This document shows, piece by piece, positions 25,616-38,089 of a DNA stretch of 64,000 bases (positions are counted from its first letter, which is position 1; each line of letters starts with the position of its first letter). Location of the stretch: NCBI RefSeq assembly GCF_024521635.1, contig NW_026250419.1, positions 62,001 to 126,000 of the forward strand, written 5' to 3'. The position numbers and the translations under genes are program-made. Below the pieces are notes generated by a model. The model saw nothing but the letters and a program-made list of their open reading frames with translations, ran no database searches and was not told where the DNA came from. The DNA is from Tricharina praecox. Taxonomy: Eukaryota.

Positions 25616-26479
25616 GTGCCGGCTGAGAAGGAAAACCCTACAGGCGAGGGGTGTGGGGCCATGGAAACTTGGAAGAGAACTTAGGGAAGGGAAGGGTCCG
25701 CCTGCATACTGATATGAAACAGTTCCCGCAGTATCTACATAACCTCACATACAGGCAGAAAAGACAAGACGCAAGACGCAAGACACACGGCCGGAAGTGG
25801 GGGGGGGGGGGGGGGGGGGCGGTTGGAGATCAACGGCTGTCCCTTTGGTACTTGGGTGCTCTATGTATAGTATGTACGGAGATACGTATCGGCACAGGCC
25901 TCCGTCACCGTCGGATACTCGGCCAGGCAGCCAGACCCCAGGGACGGCCGGCGACGCCACAGCTGACGGAGGAAGGGAAGGATGGAGCAAGGGAGGGGCA
26001 GGCGTGATAAGCCGCTCAGCCCGCCAGCTCGTCAGCCAGCCAGCCCACCAGCCAAAACCTCTCGCCTATGTACCCAATGTAAATCTGAATGTAGTCTCGG
26101 GCAATGGGCATTGACGGCCAACTAGCTGGCTTCAAGCCTTCAAGCCTTCAAGCCTTCAACTTGGCTATGCACGCCCGTTTTCTATTCCAGTCCTGCTCTT
26201 CGGCAGATGCAACTGCAGATCATCCGCTGGGTGATCCACTCCACTCCACTCCACTCGACGAGAGGCATTTGCAGTGCACCAATCGCCCTGTAGGCTGTTA
26301 GTCCCACGAAACGTGTAACTAGAGTATTCCGAGGCAGAGTAGATGCAAGATGCAAGAGAAGCTGCTCCTCCGGATTCGGTTGATGCAATCGGTTGATGCA
26401 ATCGCTGAGATTTCCAGAATCCACGCATCCACGCATGCATGCGGCTGCTTACTAGCCAGCTTGGTAACAGGGGGGTGGA

Positions 26480-26548
26480 TGGGAGGAGGGGAGGGGAGGG
26501 GAGGGGAGGGGAGGGGAGGGGAGGGGAGGAGGGGGGGAGGGGGAGAGG
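26480..26548. repeat. (GGGGA)n purine tract, potential G-quadruplex
   Basis: More than eight consecutive G4 runs separated by single A. Confidence 0.85.
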
Positions 26549-27850
26549 CACATCTACATACGGTACTATGATAGCGTGCTTCGACCTCGAACTCACGAAC
26601 CGGCCGGCCGGCCAATTCGCAACGTTACGTTGGCGTACATACGCCCGTCGCCCGGGCATACGGATTCGGGTGTGTGAGGGTGGAGGGGTGGAGGGGTGAG
26701 TGTGGAGGGGTGGAGGGGTCAGAGGCAATCCAGCTGCTTACCTCATACTCTACATACGAAAAGGTTTCGGGCGGCGCCTCCAACTCTTGCAACTTGCTAG
26801 TTGCCATCGCATCCGCCAACGGCGCCCGGCCATGCAATGCCACATCCCTGTCGACATATCATATCCAACGGTGATCTACATACGCCGGAACGAACGTCAA
26901 CCATGGGTAGGGGAAAAGCGGAAAGCCCAAGGCCCAAGGGGTGGGCCTCTTTCGAGCGGAGGGGAGGGGTGCGGAGCGGAGGGGAAACATCTCGCGCGCT
27001 GCCCAGTGCCGGGCTTTCCTTAATTGCCAATACTACTATTTCCATAGGTATATCGCCGGGCCATCAAGGTTCAAGCGAAGAAGAAAAAAAGGAGCGAAAC
27101 CACGGCCTCGTCAAGTTCCGGGTCGCTGATATAAAACCTCATACATCGGCGATCGTGAACCAATCCCCGCCGCCGCCGCCGCCAGCACGAACCTGCGAAC
27201 CTGCGAACCTGCACTTTCGGTTCCGGACGAACTCCTAGCCGCGCCGGGCGGACCGGCGTGGTAACTGGCTAGAGTAAGTAGCGGTGATGGATTGATGGAT
27301 CGGTCGGAACGGAACAGATGATTATTAGCTGCGTGGGTGGCGAGGGAGGATGGGGCGTGGGGCTGAGGCTGAGGCTGGAGCGGAAACTTGAAAGGGGTTA
27401 ATCCATGCGATGCGACGCCTGCGGAGTGAGTGATCGGACGTGTTTGGCTGGTCTGGGACGCCGGGAGTCTGGGAGGCATGGCGGGGGATGGGGCGTGAGT
27501 GGGGCTGCGACATTGTACCTTGAGTACTAATAGCAGCCAGATGAGGCGGGATGGTATGGGCATGAGTGTCTCGGGATTTGCAGTGCCGCCGTGTCTTACC
27601 GTCCCCATTTCCAGAACAAAAACGTATCCAGATTTCCGAACCTCCAAACCAGCGTGAGAACCAATGAAGCTTTAGCTACCTACTCCAACCCACCAACCAA
27701 CTAGCTCCAGATCTTGGCAAAAGTGGGATGTGTGGCACATCATTGCGGGGCACAAAGCTTAGCACGTAACCCAGCTTCCACGACACGACACGACACGACA
27801 CGAAACGCGACCTCCGCACATACACCCACCCACCCACACACATACACACA

Positions 27851-28661
27851 ATGGCCGACACCGAACCCACGAGCGACATCCCCGCGGTACCCGCGAAGGT
27901 CACGCTCTACTGCGGAAGTAAGCATTGCTCCCCCGCCATCCCACAGCACCCAATCCCTCATGCTGACTGACGCCTGACCGCGCGTGCAGTATGCACACTT
28001 CCCCCGGAGGTTCGTTTTCAACCCCCAGCAGCAGGAGCGCGAGGTGGGGGAAGGGGGGTTAACACGGCGAACCGGTAGTACTGCGAATTCACCAACACGG
28101 CCAAGAAGTGTCGCGAGTGGCTCGAGAATAACCACGCGGACCTGGTGTCGGTGATTTACAACACCGGTAGGTGGCATCCAGGCAGACAATCAGTCGAGGG
28201 TAGAGCAGAGCAGCCCGCTAACTCCCGTGTTAGAAGCCGTCGAAGCCGCGATGTCGAACCTCTCGGTGGCAGCACAAGAGAAGGCCGCGAAGGCCGAAGC
28301 CGCAGCCTCGAAGCGTGCGGACAAGGAAGAGATCAAAGCCGAGCGCGAAGCGCAGAAGAAAGCGAGCAGCCGGATCACCTTGAAGCGAGTGGAGCGCACG
28401 AAGCGGAAGCACGTGATTATCGTTACCGGTTTGGAAACGTTCGGTTTGGACCTGAAGAAGGTCGCAAAGGACTTTGGAAAGAAGTTTGCGTGCGGGTCGA
28501 GTGTGACTAAGAACGCGGCCGGGCAGGATGAGATCGTCGTTCAGGGTGACCTGAGTGATGATATTCTGGAGTACCTCGAGCAGAAGTACCCTGAGGTGCC
28601 GTTTGATAATGTCGATCAGGTGGAGGATAAGAAGAAGAAGAAGGGTGAAGCTGCGGCGTGA
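27851..28661 (+). CDS. TMA22: Translation machinery-associated protein 22 / DENR (SUI1 domain; 4 exons)
   Basis: MADTEP...VTLYCG|ICTLPPE|YCEFTNTAKKCREWL zinc-binding N-terminus, then the SUI1 domain KRVERTKRKHVIIVTGLETFGLDLKKVAKDFGKKFACGSSV...IVVQGD. Confidence 0.95.
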
Positions 28662-29020
28662 GATGGCCTTGGCATGGGAAAAGGACGAGTACTGGGCCGT
28701 GGTTGTAGCATAGGTATACCGGTTTAATGACAATCACGAATTGGGCGTAGCAATATACCGGCTTGATTCCAATCACGAATTGAGCGCTCGATACCTATGC
28801 GAACTCAAGTCTCCATTCATGCTTGCTGCTGAACATCCCATGGCCAAAATCGCGGAATCAAAAACAACCAGAGCAACACGCCAATATCTATCCGCCTCTA
28901 GTTTATCCTCGAGCGCTCCTCCCAAAACAAAACGCCAAAGGGAAACGTAAATCTAACCGGGTGCCTGCTAACCAAAATACAACCAATAATGCATAGTAGC
29001 CGCCGCCGCCAGCCTCCTAC

Positions 29021-30303
29021 CTACCGGCTCCATTCCTTCATCTTTTCGTAGCTAAGGAAGATGAGCGCCGACGACGGCGCGCTGCGGAAGCAAGTGATAC
29101 CGCAGCCCCGGTAGAGTGCCTTGAATCCTCCGTTCCTGTACATTCCCGAGCCGACCTCCCAGAAGCCCTTGACTCTGTCGCCGGCGGTGCCGATGGCCTC
29201 CGTCTGCATCCTCGATTTGACCGAGTCGGCGGGGAAGAGGATGAGGTTGTAGCTCACACCAGCTGTCGCACACCCGTCAGTCAACCAGCCAATTAGGGGA
29301 ACGACGGACCAAGGCCCAAGGCCCGCGGGAAAATCCCCCCCTACCTGCAGCCCCAGAAAGCATCATTTCCCCGGCATTGAGCGTATCAGTATTCCTCCGC
29401 CGCCGCAGCGCGGCGGACACATACTCGTACGCGCCGAACCAGGCGGCCGAGCCACCCGTCTCCCTTAGGAACGTGCCCATCTGGCCGTTCCAGAACCCGC
29501 GCAGCCCGTAGGTGCGGTGGACCTCACCGATCAGCGCGAAAGGGCCGGGGCGTTTGTGGTCGCCGGGGGCGAGGGCGGTCATGGACTGCACCTGCATCTT
29601 GCACTTGATGAGTTCGATGGGCGTGAGGATGAAGGATGCGAACGAGCCGCTGGCGGCGCCGCAGGTGACGAGTGCGAGCAGCGGAAGATCGTCTTTGGGG
29701 CCTAGCTCGCTGTAGAAGTTCCGCCGTGTGAAGGATTGCGCGAGGTTGTACTGTCAGCGGATCGGTGCACATTAGGAACCGGTCATGCGGGGGGGCGTGG
29801 ATGGAGGCCTGGGTGCTTACGCTGAAGAAGAGACATGAGTTCTCCGCCGCGGCTCCGACCAGCGGCGATGAGATCCCTCGGTACATTCCGCGCAGTCCAT
29901 CCTGTCGGAGACTCTGGGCAAAGCAGTCGATAGGGCCACGGTACCGCAGCGGGCGATCCTCTGGCTGGGATTGCAGCCGCACCTGTGGAGCGAGGGTGGG
30001 TGAGCTACGTGTAACAGATCTGTTGCTTTCTTTCTTTCTTTCTTCATTCGTTGCGTCATACCTTGACGGTATCAAACGGATACTCGAGCACTTTCCCCAT
30101 CATGCCGGCCAGCTTTATAAGAGTAAGCTTCACGTACGGAACAAACATATACGGCAAGCACAATTGGTAAGGTGGAGGCTACTAACCGAGCCAAAAGCAA
30201 TGTCCTTCATAGCTGTATTGACCGACGACGACGAGTCCGCTTCCTTCATCGGCGGAGGCGGGGGAGCTATGGGAGCTGTCTTCTGTTCGAGCACCTGAGA
30301 CAT
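29021..30303 (-). CDS. ORT1: Mitochondrial ornithine carrier (MCF family; Ort1/Arg-13-like; spliced)
   Basis: MSQVLEQK...[65 protein letters not shown] and [12 protein letters not shown], giving three PxD/ExxKxxxQ signatures. Confidence 0.88.
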
Positions 30304-32037
30304 CGGATGGGACTGGGTTTTTGGAGCTGCGCTGGACTGGTCTGGACTGGGTGGCTTATGGGCTTGTTGGAAGGGTTGGGAAAGAGCGCGGAGATGTTAT
30401 TATCGCAGCATAGTAAGGGGAGCTCTCGACGTCGGGTAAGGGGCAAATAGAGGTGTCTTTAAGGACGTCTGGCGAGCACAAGATTCTCGCAAGTGCGACG
30501 ATGGGCCAATTTGTATGGGGTGGGTCGGCGGACGGAGCTGAGGGAATTTTGCAAGCTCGCTAGTTATTTCATGGGCACTCGGTGAGGGGGAAGAGGAGGA
30601 TGAAAGAGAGGAAGAGGAGAGCAGGCAGTGGAAACTCTAGCTACTTGGTTAGTTGACCGCTTAACATGGGGATGAAGAAAGGGAGCACGCAAGTGCGGTG
30701 GTCTGTAAGCTGGCCCACCAAAGAGAGGTCCGTTCGACACAGGGCGCTGAGGAACTTTGCGGCGGATGTGGGAAAAAATTAGAGTCGGGATTTTTTTTCT
30801 GCAGGGATGTGGCGGCGTCGCCAGGGATGTATCATGTCGTACCTTTTTAGCACCGCAATCTGATCATCAGATAGGCAAGTCAGATGTCATGCAATCGATT
30901 GTCGTCCAACCACCCCGCTCAAACAGCAAGAAACTTCATGTAGCATCGGCGCGATCCCGACCGGAGGCTATATACGTGGGTGGTATGGGGCTATCATACA
31001 TATCAGTGCACAGGAGGCGTTGTGGCCGGGGTTGGAGAGCAGAAGCTTCGTCCAAAGCGCCAGATTACCGTCGGTGATGACATGCCGTGAGTACGTACAA
31101 ACGATGGTGCGTGCGGGCATGTAGAGATGGCGGGCGTTTTGTCTACAAATACGGCCACCTTTGGCTGGAAAGTTCAACTCCAGAACACGGCGGTGTTCTT
31201 GAACTCGATAGCGAAGCATGTACACACCGGTATCCTCTGGCAAGTATCGCCCCGGCCCGTCCGCGAGCTCCTGCAGCAAAAACTCCGAGGCTCCGGCGAA
31301 CCAAAAACTGTGGAGGAAGATCAAACAGCAGTCCAGCCCTTTTTCTCTGCACTAGATATACGCTTACGTATAGTATGCAATCCTTCAATCTCTCGGAACA
31401 CGCCGCCCTCCCGGGTCTCTCGCGAGTCAGGAGCCGATCAACATGTGACTCGTGGGTTTGTCTGAGGGGTCGGCTTCTCCCTAGCTTATCACTCGTCGTC
31501 TTTGGGCCGAGCAGTCTGACTTCATGTTGACAGCTCCCTCGACGACCTGCTGCGGGGTATGCACACTGTGGAGAATCCGCACCTATCCGAGTGGGTTTTG
31601 GAAGGTCCTTGAACTGTTCCGCAAGATTTCGGGGAGTGATGAATCCGAGAGGCTGTGTATGTAGACAGAGGACGAATGACCAGGATCCGTCTGCGAAAGC
31701 CGACTCGCTGCATGGCCGTACCATTTGTGCATCTGCAGGTAATTTCGCCAGCTGCCGCAGTTGCGGATTTTCTAACTTGAGCCATATTGAAGTCAAATGG
31801 GACAGAGCTAGAGAAGATTTGCGCGATGGATGGATGGACGGGGAGCAGAAACCGATCGTGGAGAAATCCCATCGCGGCAAATTTATGCGCCCAAAGTTGG
31901 CGCTGAGTGGGGCCCGCCCCGGCAGACGTTGCCAAGGGACCGTGCATAGCTACTCGTGATCCCCTTTCCGCCCAGATCTGGAGCTCGAATAAACGGAACC
32001 CATTTCCCCCCACTCTCGTTACCAATAGCTGCGCGCG

Positions 32038-32908
32038 ATGGAGCTCCCCCCCAGACAAGCTATGGAACGCGACCGCGACTGCCCTGACGATCCCGGTCAG
32101 CGCGAAGACGTTCACACCTCCGGCAGCAGCAGCAAACCACCGCCGGATCAACTGGAAATATTCCGTGCGGGAGATCGCCAAACGGTGTTGAAGAGAACCC
32201 CGACGACGACGGCGTACGATGCTGCGCAGCGGAATCCCGAGCAGAGCGATACCGAGTAGGTGTTCCGCTAGAGCTACACATCGGCCCGACTAACCACTGG
32301 TCGCAAGGAAGCTCCTCAGCGCCATGCACTCCCTCACCCAGCAACAACGGAAACGACTGGACGCTTGCGCCGGAGGACTGAGTGGGAAGCTGGACGAGCT
32401 GCGGGAACTACACGCGCGTATCGAGGACCTTTGCAATTCGGCGAAAGAGCTCCTCCAGAGCTTCAGCAACGAGGACGCCAGATTCCGTGCCGAGTTCAAG
32501 ACCCAGATTGAAGGTCTCGAGCGGTTCAAGGATGAGATCGTCTCGATCGATGCGCTGCGGGACAGGCTGAGGGTTGAGCAGGAGAAGGTCGCCGACTACG
32601 AGAGGAGGATCGACAAAGTCCAGGCGAAGATCGAGAAGCAGAAGGAGATGGAGGTCGGCAAGAAGAGGGTATCCTGTAAGTCGCCGATACTGGATGGCAG
32701 GGGAGGGGGGAGTATGCACATTCTAACAGTCTTTGTAGGGAGGATGAGGCTGCTGTGGGGTTTCTCGGCGATGGTTGTGATACTGTGGTTGCTGGCGACG
32801 GCGGGCGGTGACTACGAAGACACAGACAATGTGGCCGACGATGAACCCATCAAACTACTACCTCCGGCTCTAAGAGCCGATCGCGAGTTGGAATTTTCAC
32901 TGGAGTAG
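32038..32908 (+). CDS. Uncharacterised coiled-coil protein with near-C-terminal transmembrane helix (3 exons; start uncertain)
   Basis: Heptad-rich MHSLTQQQRKRLDACA...DKVQAKIEKQKE, an intron (GTAAGT..CTAAC..TAG), then RMRLLWGFSAMVVILWLLATAGG. An upstream exon joins through GTAGGT..CTAAC..AAG. Confidence 0.65.
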
Positions 32909-33381
32909 TGGTTTCTACATCGAGAGCAACGAAGTGGTTTTTTCTTTTCTTTCCGTTTTTTTTTACCTTTCTCTGGCGAGTAACGATAGTGGGTAGGCGT
33001 AGAGTAATTTCATTGGATTTAACCCACCTGGTTCGAGCAGAATATTTATCCTACAGGACTTGAAAGACCTCAGTATACATCATATGCCCCCTACATGCCG
33101 TTCCTGCATCATTGCCGGCGCCGCATTTCTCAGATTGCCGAGGTTTAGGGTTCGTTCTTAAGGTTGGAGGTGAAGCTTTCAGGGACTAGGTGACGTTGAG
33201 CCGCTTGTCTGCTTAGTTAGTCGCGTCCCCGTTAAACAAACGCGACCAGTAACAACCCAACTTCACCCCACTCTGCGTCTCCAATTCAACTCCGGACTTT
33301 CCCATTCAGACGACTCGACCTCTTAATTCACACTTGCGATCACGGTCCGTCTTGACGGCAGCCCTACCACAGCCCTACGCC

Positions 33382-35652
33382 ATGGCTTCTCAGACGGGTG
33401 CTAGCACCCCCTCCGGGGGAGCCCACACAGCTGGATCACCTCAACAACTCAACCAGATTGTCATGGAATACCTCTCTAAGAAAGGATACTCCAAAACGGA
33501 AGCAATGCTGCGAGTCGAATCCGCACACACCGACGCCGAAGGGCGCCCAATCATCGCGAAACCAGAAGACTATCCGGACGCCATGTACGAGCGAGCTTAC
33601 TGTCAGTATTGAGCTGTCGCGCAGCTACCGTTGAGTCGTTGGCTAACCTTACATAGCTCACCTTCGCAGGTGGATTGACAATTCTCTCGACATCTACAAG
33701 GTACGGGTTGTCCGAGCCTCCTCCTCCTCCTCCTCCTCCTTCCCTGCGAATGCGGGAGCTGATGATGTCCTCAGCCCGACCTCAAGCGTCTCGAATACCC
33801 GGTGTTTGTTCACTTCTACCTCACGATGATCTCGCAAGGATTTATGGGACCCGGCAAAACATTCTGGAAAAATCACCATCAAGAACACGAGGCCAATCAT
33901 GGGCACGACCTGGAGGAGCTCTCGAGGATTGCGCTGCCGGCTCACGTACAGGAGAACACGCTAGCGAGGCTTTACCGCGAGAACAAGTACCGAGTCAAGC
34001 TTCCGGTTGCTACGAAAAACCTCCTGCTACACTATCTGGAGGAGACGGGCGAGAGCGGGGGTCAGACTGTTTTGCGTTGTCTGAACCAGTACTTCGAACT
34101 CACATCAATACCCGGTAGAACCTCGTTGTTTGATAGAGGCGGAGAGCTACAGGAAGGCGAGGGTATCCAAGGCCACACATCCGGAAGTGGAGACCTGTCG
34201 GAGAACCTGCCGGCGGTGAAGCTGGGGCCGCTGCCCATGGACAAGGACGAGATGAAGGAGATCGAGGAGGAATTGAGAGATGAGGATACCAGGATGAGGG
34301 ATGCTTCCCGGAACGATGAACTCGGTGTTACTGCTGGGTCTTCGCTTGTGGACGAGTTCCAGAAGATCAAGCGTGAAGAGAGCGAGGACAGCCCCATGCG
34401 AGAGAGCGTCCCACTTCCGCCATACACGATCGCGGACATCGAGAGAGAGGTTAGATTGGTTCGAGAGAGTCGAGAGGCGATCTCCCTCAGCGGTGGACCA
34501 AGCCCGGCTCTGCCCAGTGTATGCATGTACACTTTCCATAATACAAATGACGGGTGAGTCTCGACCCCACAGCCCCTTGACACGGTCACTAACATATCAA
34601 GACTTCACTGTCTCGAGTTTTCACAGGACGCGGAGCTGGTGGCTGGTGGGTTTGCCGAGTCATACGTTCGTGTTTGGTCGGTGAAAGGAACCCCGTTGAA
34701 TTCCATCATTCCCCCGGAAAACCAACCCATTGCGCCCAAATCGCGCAGGCTTATCGGCCATTCGGGACCCATCTTCGGTGTGTCGTTCTCCCCCGACGCA
34801 AAGTACCTCCTCTCCTGCTCCGAGGACAAGTCCATACGCCTCTGGTCGATGGACACATACACCGCGCTCGTAGCCTATAAAGGCCATGACGCTCCTGTCT
34901 GGGATGTCGCCTTTGGACCGTACGGACACTACTTTGCCACAGCAAGCTATGAGCACACCGCCAGACTGTGGAGTTGCGATCACATATACCCGTTGCGTAT
35001 CTTCGCTGGACATCTGAGCGATGTCGATTCGGTAACGTGGCATCCAAACTCGAACTACCTATTTACAGGATCCAGTGACAAGACCGCCCGCATGTGGGAC
35101 ATCAATACCGGCAATTCCGTCCGTTTGTTTAGTGGACATGGGGCTCCCATCACGGCACTCGCCGCTTCCCCGGACGGAAAGTACTTTGCCACCGCTGGTG
35201 AGGATAGCTTGATCAACATATGGGACATCGCCGCGGGAAAGCGCCTCAAGTCGATGCGTGGTCACGGAAAGACCGGCATCTACAGTCTGTCCTTCTCACA
35301 GGAAGGAAATGTGCTGGTTAGCGGAGGGGCGGACATGACTGTCCGTTGCTGGGACGTGCTTCACGGCACCGGTGCATCCACCGCCGATGCCCCGGAACCC
35401 ATGAACGGATCCGGAACGTCGGGGCCTACTGACGGAACCACGAAGGTGGATGGCACTGGCTCGGGAACCAAGCGCAGAGGCAAGGACGTCGTTGCTACGT
35501 ATGTTGTCCCCGGCAAGCTTATCTTCTTAGTTACTGACTAATCATACAGGCCCGATCAACTTGCCGTCTGGTACACCAAGAAATCTCCGGTCTATAAGGT
35601 ACAGTTCACCAAGAAGAACATGGTCCTTGCTGGATCGGCTTTCCTTCCTTAA
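33382..35652 (+). CDS. TAF5: TFIID/SAGA subunit TAF5 (LisH, NTD2, WD40; 5 exons)
   Basis: LNQIVMEYLSKKGYSKTEAMLRVE, YPVFVHFYL, LPSVCMYTFHNT, WD40 repeats (LIGHSGPIFGVSFSPD, YKGHDAPVWDV) and the C-terminal TKKSPVYKVQFT. Confidence 0.96.
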
Positions 35653-35826
35653 GCTTGGCTGGTTGGGGAGTTGGGCTTGCACATAACACTTCTTGAAATA
35701 TCCTACGGCGCAATTTTTCTTTTTTTTCATAGTACCCGGCGCAATTCTACTCTTTCTTCGATTCAGGAATGCGGGAATGCAGAATTTCTGTGTGGTGATG
35801 GTGGGTTTCGTATTTCAAATGTGTAT

Positions 35827-36763
35827 CTACGAACTCTTGGTCTCAGAAGGCGGTGACTCGGGCGACTCGGGCGTCGTCTTCCGTGTTCCCAGAACTTCGT
35901 CTACAAGACCCATCTCCAATGCACCCTCAGCTGGCATAAAGTGGTCGCGTTCGAGTAATTTTTCTAGTTGAGACACTCCGTAAGCAAAAGAACGCAAGAA
36001 GGGGCAATGGCCAAGTACCAATTTCCTCGAGCGTGTGGGGCTTCGTCAAGTGATCGACGTAAATCTGGTTCAACTTCTCGCGCACGCGCAGGATCTCCTT
36101 CGCATGAATCGCGATGTCCCTTGATCACTCGTCAGCCTCGTGCCCACGCACCAATCCAAGCGCCAACCTGGCGAGAGAGAGAGAACAGCAACATACGACG
36201 CCTGGCCCGCATAACCACCACTCGGCTGATGCAACATGATGCTCGCATGGGGCAGGGCATATCTTTTCCCCCTCGCGCCGGCCGCCAGCAGCAGCGACCC
36301 CATCGACGCAGCCTGGCCCACACAGATGGTGCTCACCGGCGAGCGGATGTACTGCATGGTATCGTAGATGGCCAGGCCCGCGGTCACCGAGCCGCCCGGC
36401 GAGTTGATGTACATGTTGATCTGCTTGTCGGGCGACTCGCCCTCGAGGAATAGCAGCTGCGCGACGATCGCCGCGCTCAGCCCGTCGTGCACCGGCCCGT
36501 TCAGGCAGATGATCCGCTCCTTTAACAGCCGCGAGTAAATGTCGTCTACATAAGAGATGGGGGGGTCAGCGCGTGCGCGGGGAAGGCCGGGGGAAGAGGA
36601 AGAGGAAGAGGGGGGGTTATGTACAGGTGTGCCAGCCTCCGGCTACGGATTCGTGTACGAGAGGTGTCGGCACGTACCAATCCCGGCTTTGCGAGGTGGT
36701 GGAGAACGCGCGGGAAGAGACGAGGCGTCGGATGTGGCGGACCATTAGGGGGAAGGTAGACAT
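35827..36763 (-). CDS. clpP: Mitochondrial ATP-dependent Clp protease proteolytic subunit (start 36763 or 36745; 4 exons)
   Basis: Presequence [17 protein letters not shown], then [44 protein letters not shown] (catalytic Ser), IMLHQP and ERDHFM. Confidence 0.93.
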
Positions 36764-38089
36764 TGAGGGCGTGTCGTAGAGGTGGGGGGGTAGGTACGGG
36801 TGTTCTAATGTACAACGGGTGCGGGTATGGTGGTGGTATGTGGGTATGGTGGTGGTATGTGGGTATGATGGTGGTATGCAGGTACTTTGGTGACGTTCTT
36901 CGGACCCGGTGGAGGCGGCCGATAGCTTTGAAGAGCTAGAGCATGGTCGCCGAGACATGTCATCCATAGGCGGGGTTCGGCGTTCGGGGGTTCGGCGTTC
37001 ACGGTCGGGGTTACTTTTGGACCGTGTTGCGCACTTAGGGTGGCGGTGGGTCGGACGGAACTTCGGGATTCGGCCGCCCCAACACACCCGACGGGACTCA
37101 CGGAGAGTCGGTACTTTAGTGCATTCTATGGTACTGTAACGGCAATCCCGAATATGAGCCGCAGTCCTTGTCCATGGAACAGTCGTGGCACCACGCAGGT
37201 CGCACCATAGTAGCTACCTCATACTATCTAAGCAGGCGGTACACTTGTAGCTACCGAATTCCGATACAAGGAAGCATCGTACATACCGTAATTCTTGAGG
37301 CATGGTTATCCCCAGAAAGGGATTTGCTGAACCAGCTCAACCGGTGTTCTTGTACCGTATGATACTTGCGTCCGGGTGCTTTCTTCGCTCGGAAGTGGCG
37401 GATGGAGGGGCATTTTGACTGGTATTGGGAGATGGTGGCTGGCAACTCAGTCATCGTTACCTTTTGCTGCTCTTCAGACTCTGAGCGGTGGCGGGGCCAT
37501 AATTCAGTGACCGCGCCTCCAATGTATATAGGATTTGCGCATAGGCCAGAGATCCTATTGCGGGGTGATAGATATCTGCACCCAAGTAAGTAAGTGGGTA
37601 TGCATAGCACGTAGGTGCTAAGCTGTGGCCTGCAGCACCGGGAAAGCCGAAGCTTTCACTGCGCATGTTGCACAGTTCCGCATTGAAAGTTTCCTCACGC
37701 CGATGGAATTTTCACCATTGAAGGGGACGGGTATCCCCACGTAGCTACTAGGAGCCCGTATCGAAGCACAGCCGCATTGGTTTCTCTTCACCGCATTCAG
37801 GATCCGTTGTGAAACAATAGGTATGACGGGGAAGTCCTGGGGTACGCGGCTAGATTTAGATATTAGGACACGTCAAGTTCAGGCCGAAATCACATCCCCT
37901 CCCATCATCCTCCTCCTCCCTCTTCTCCGTCATCGCCACCACCGCCCCATCATCACCAACACCCACTTTACGCCCTGCCTACGATCGATCTGCCGTCGTC
38001 GCGGTAAAACCTATTGAACGAAGCGACCCGCACTGTCTGCAAGGCAATAACGCTGTGCTGATCGGAACGAAACGGCTACCACTCTCACA

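Noticed and set aside
18400..27800. Many 60-200-aa ORFs in the REG1 upstream region
   Set aside because: They are translations of microsatellites and low-complexity tracts, mostly with non-ATG starts and no domain signal.
37140..37900. Short ORFs between clpP and VPS10
   Set aside because: They have no recognisable motifs or splice structure, and the region is adequately explained as a divergent promoter.
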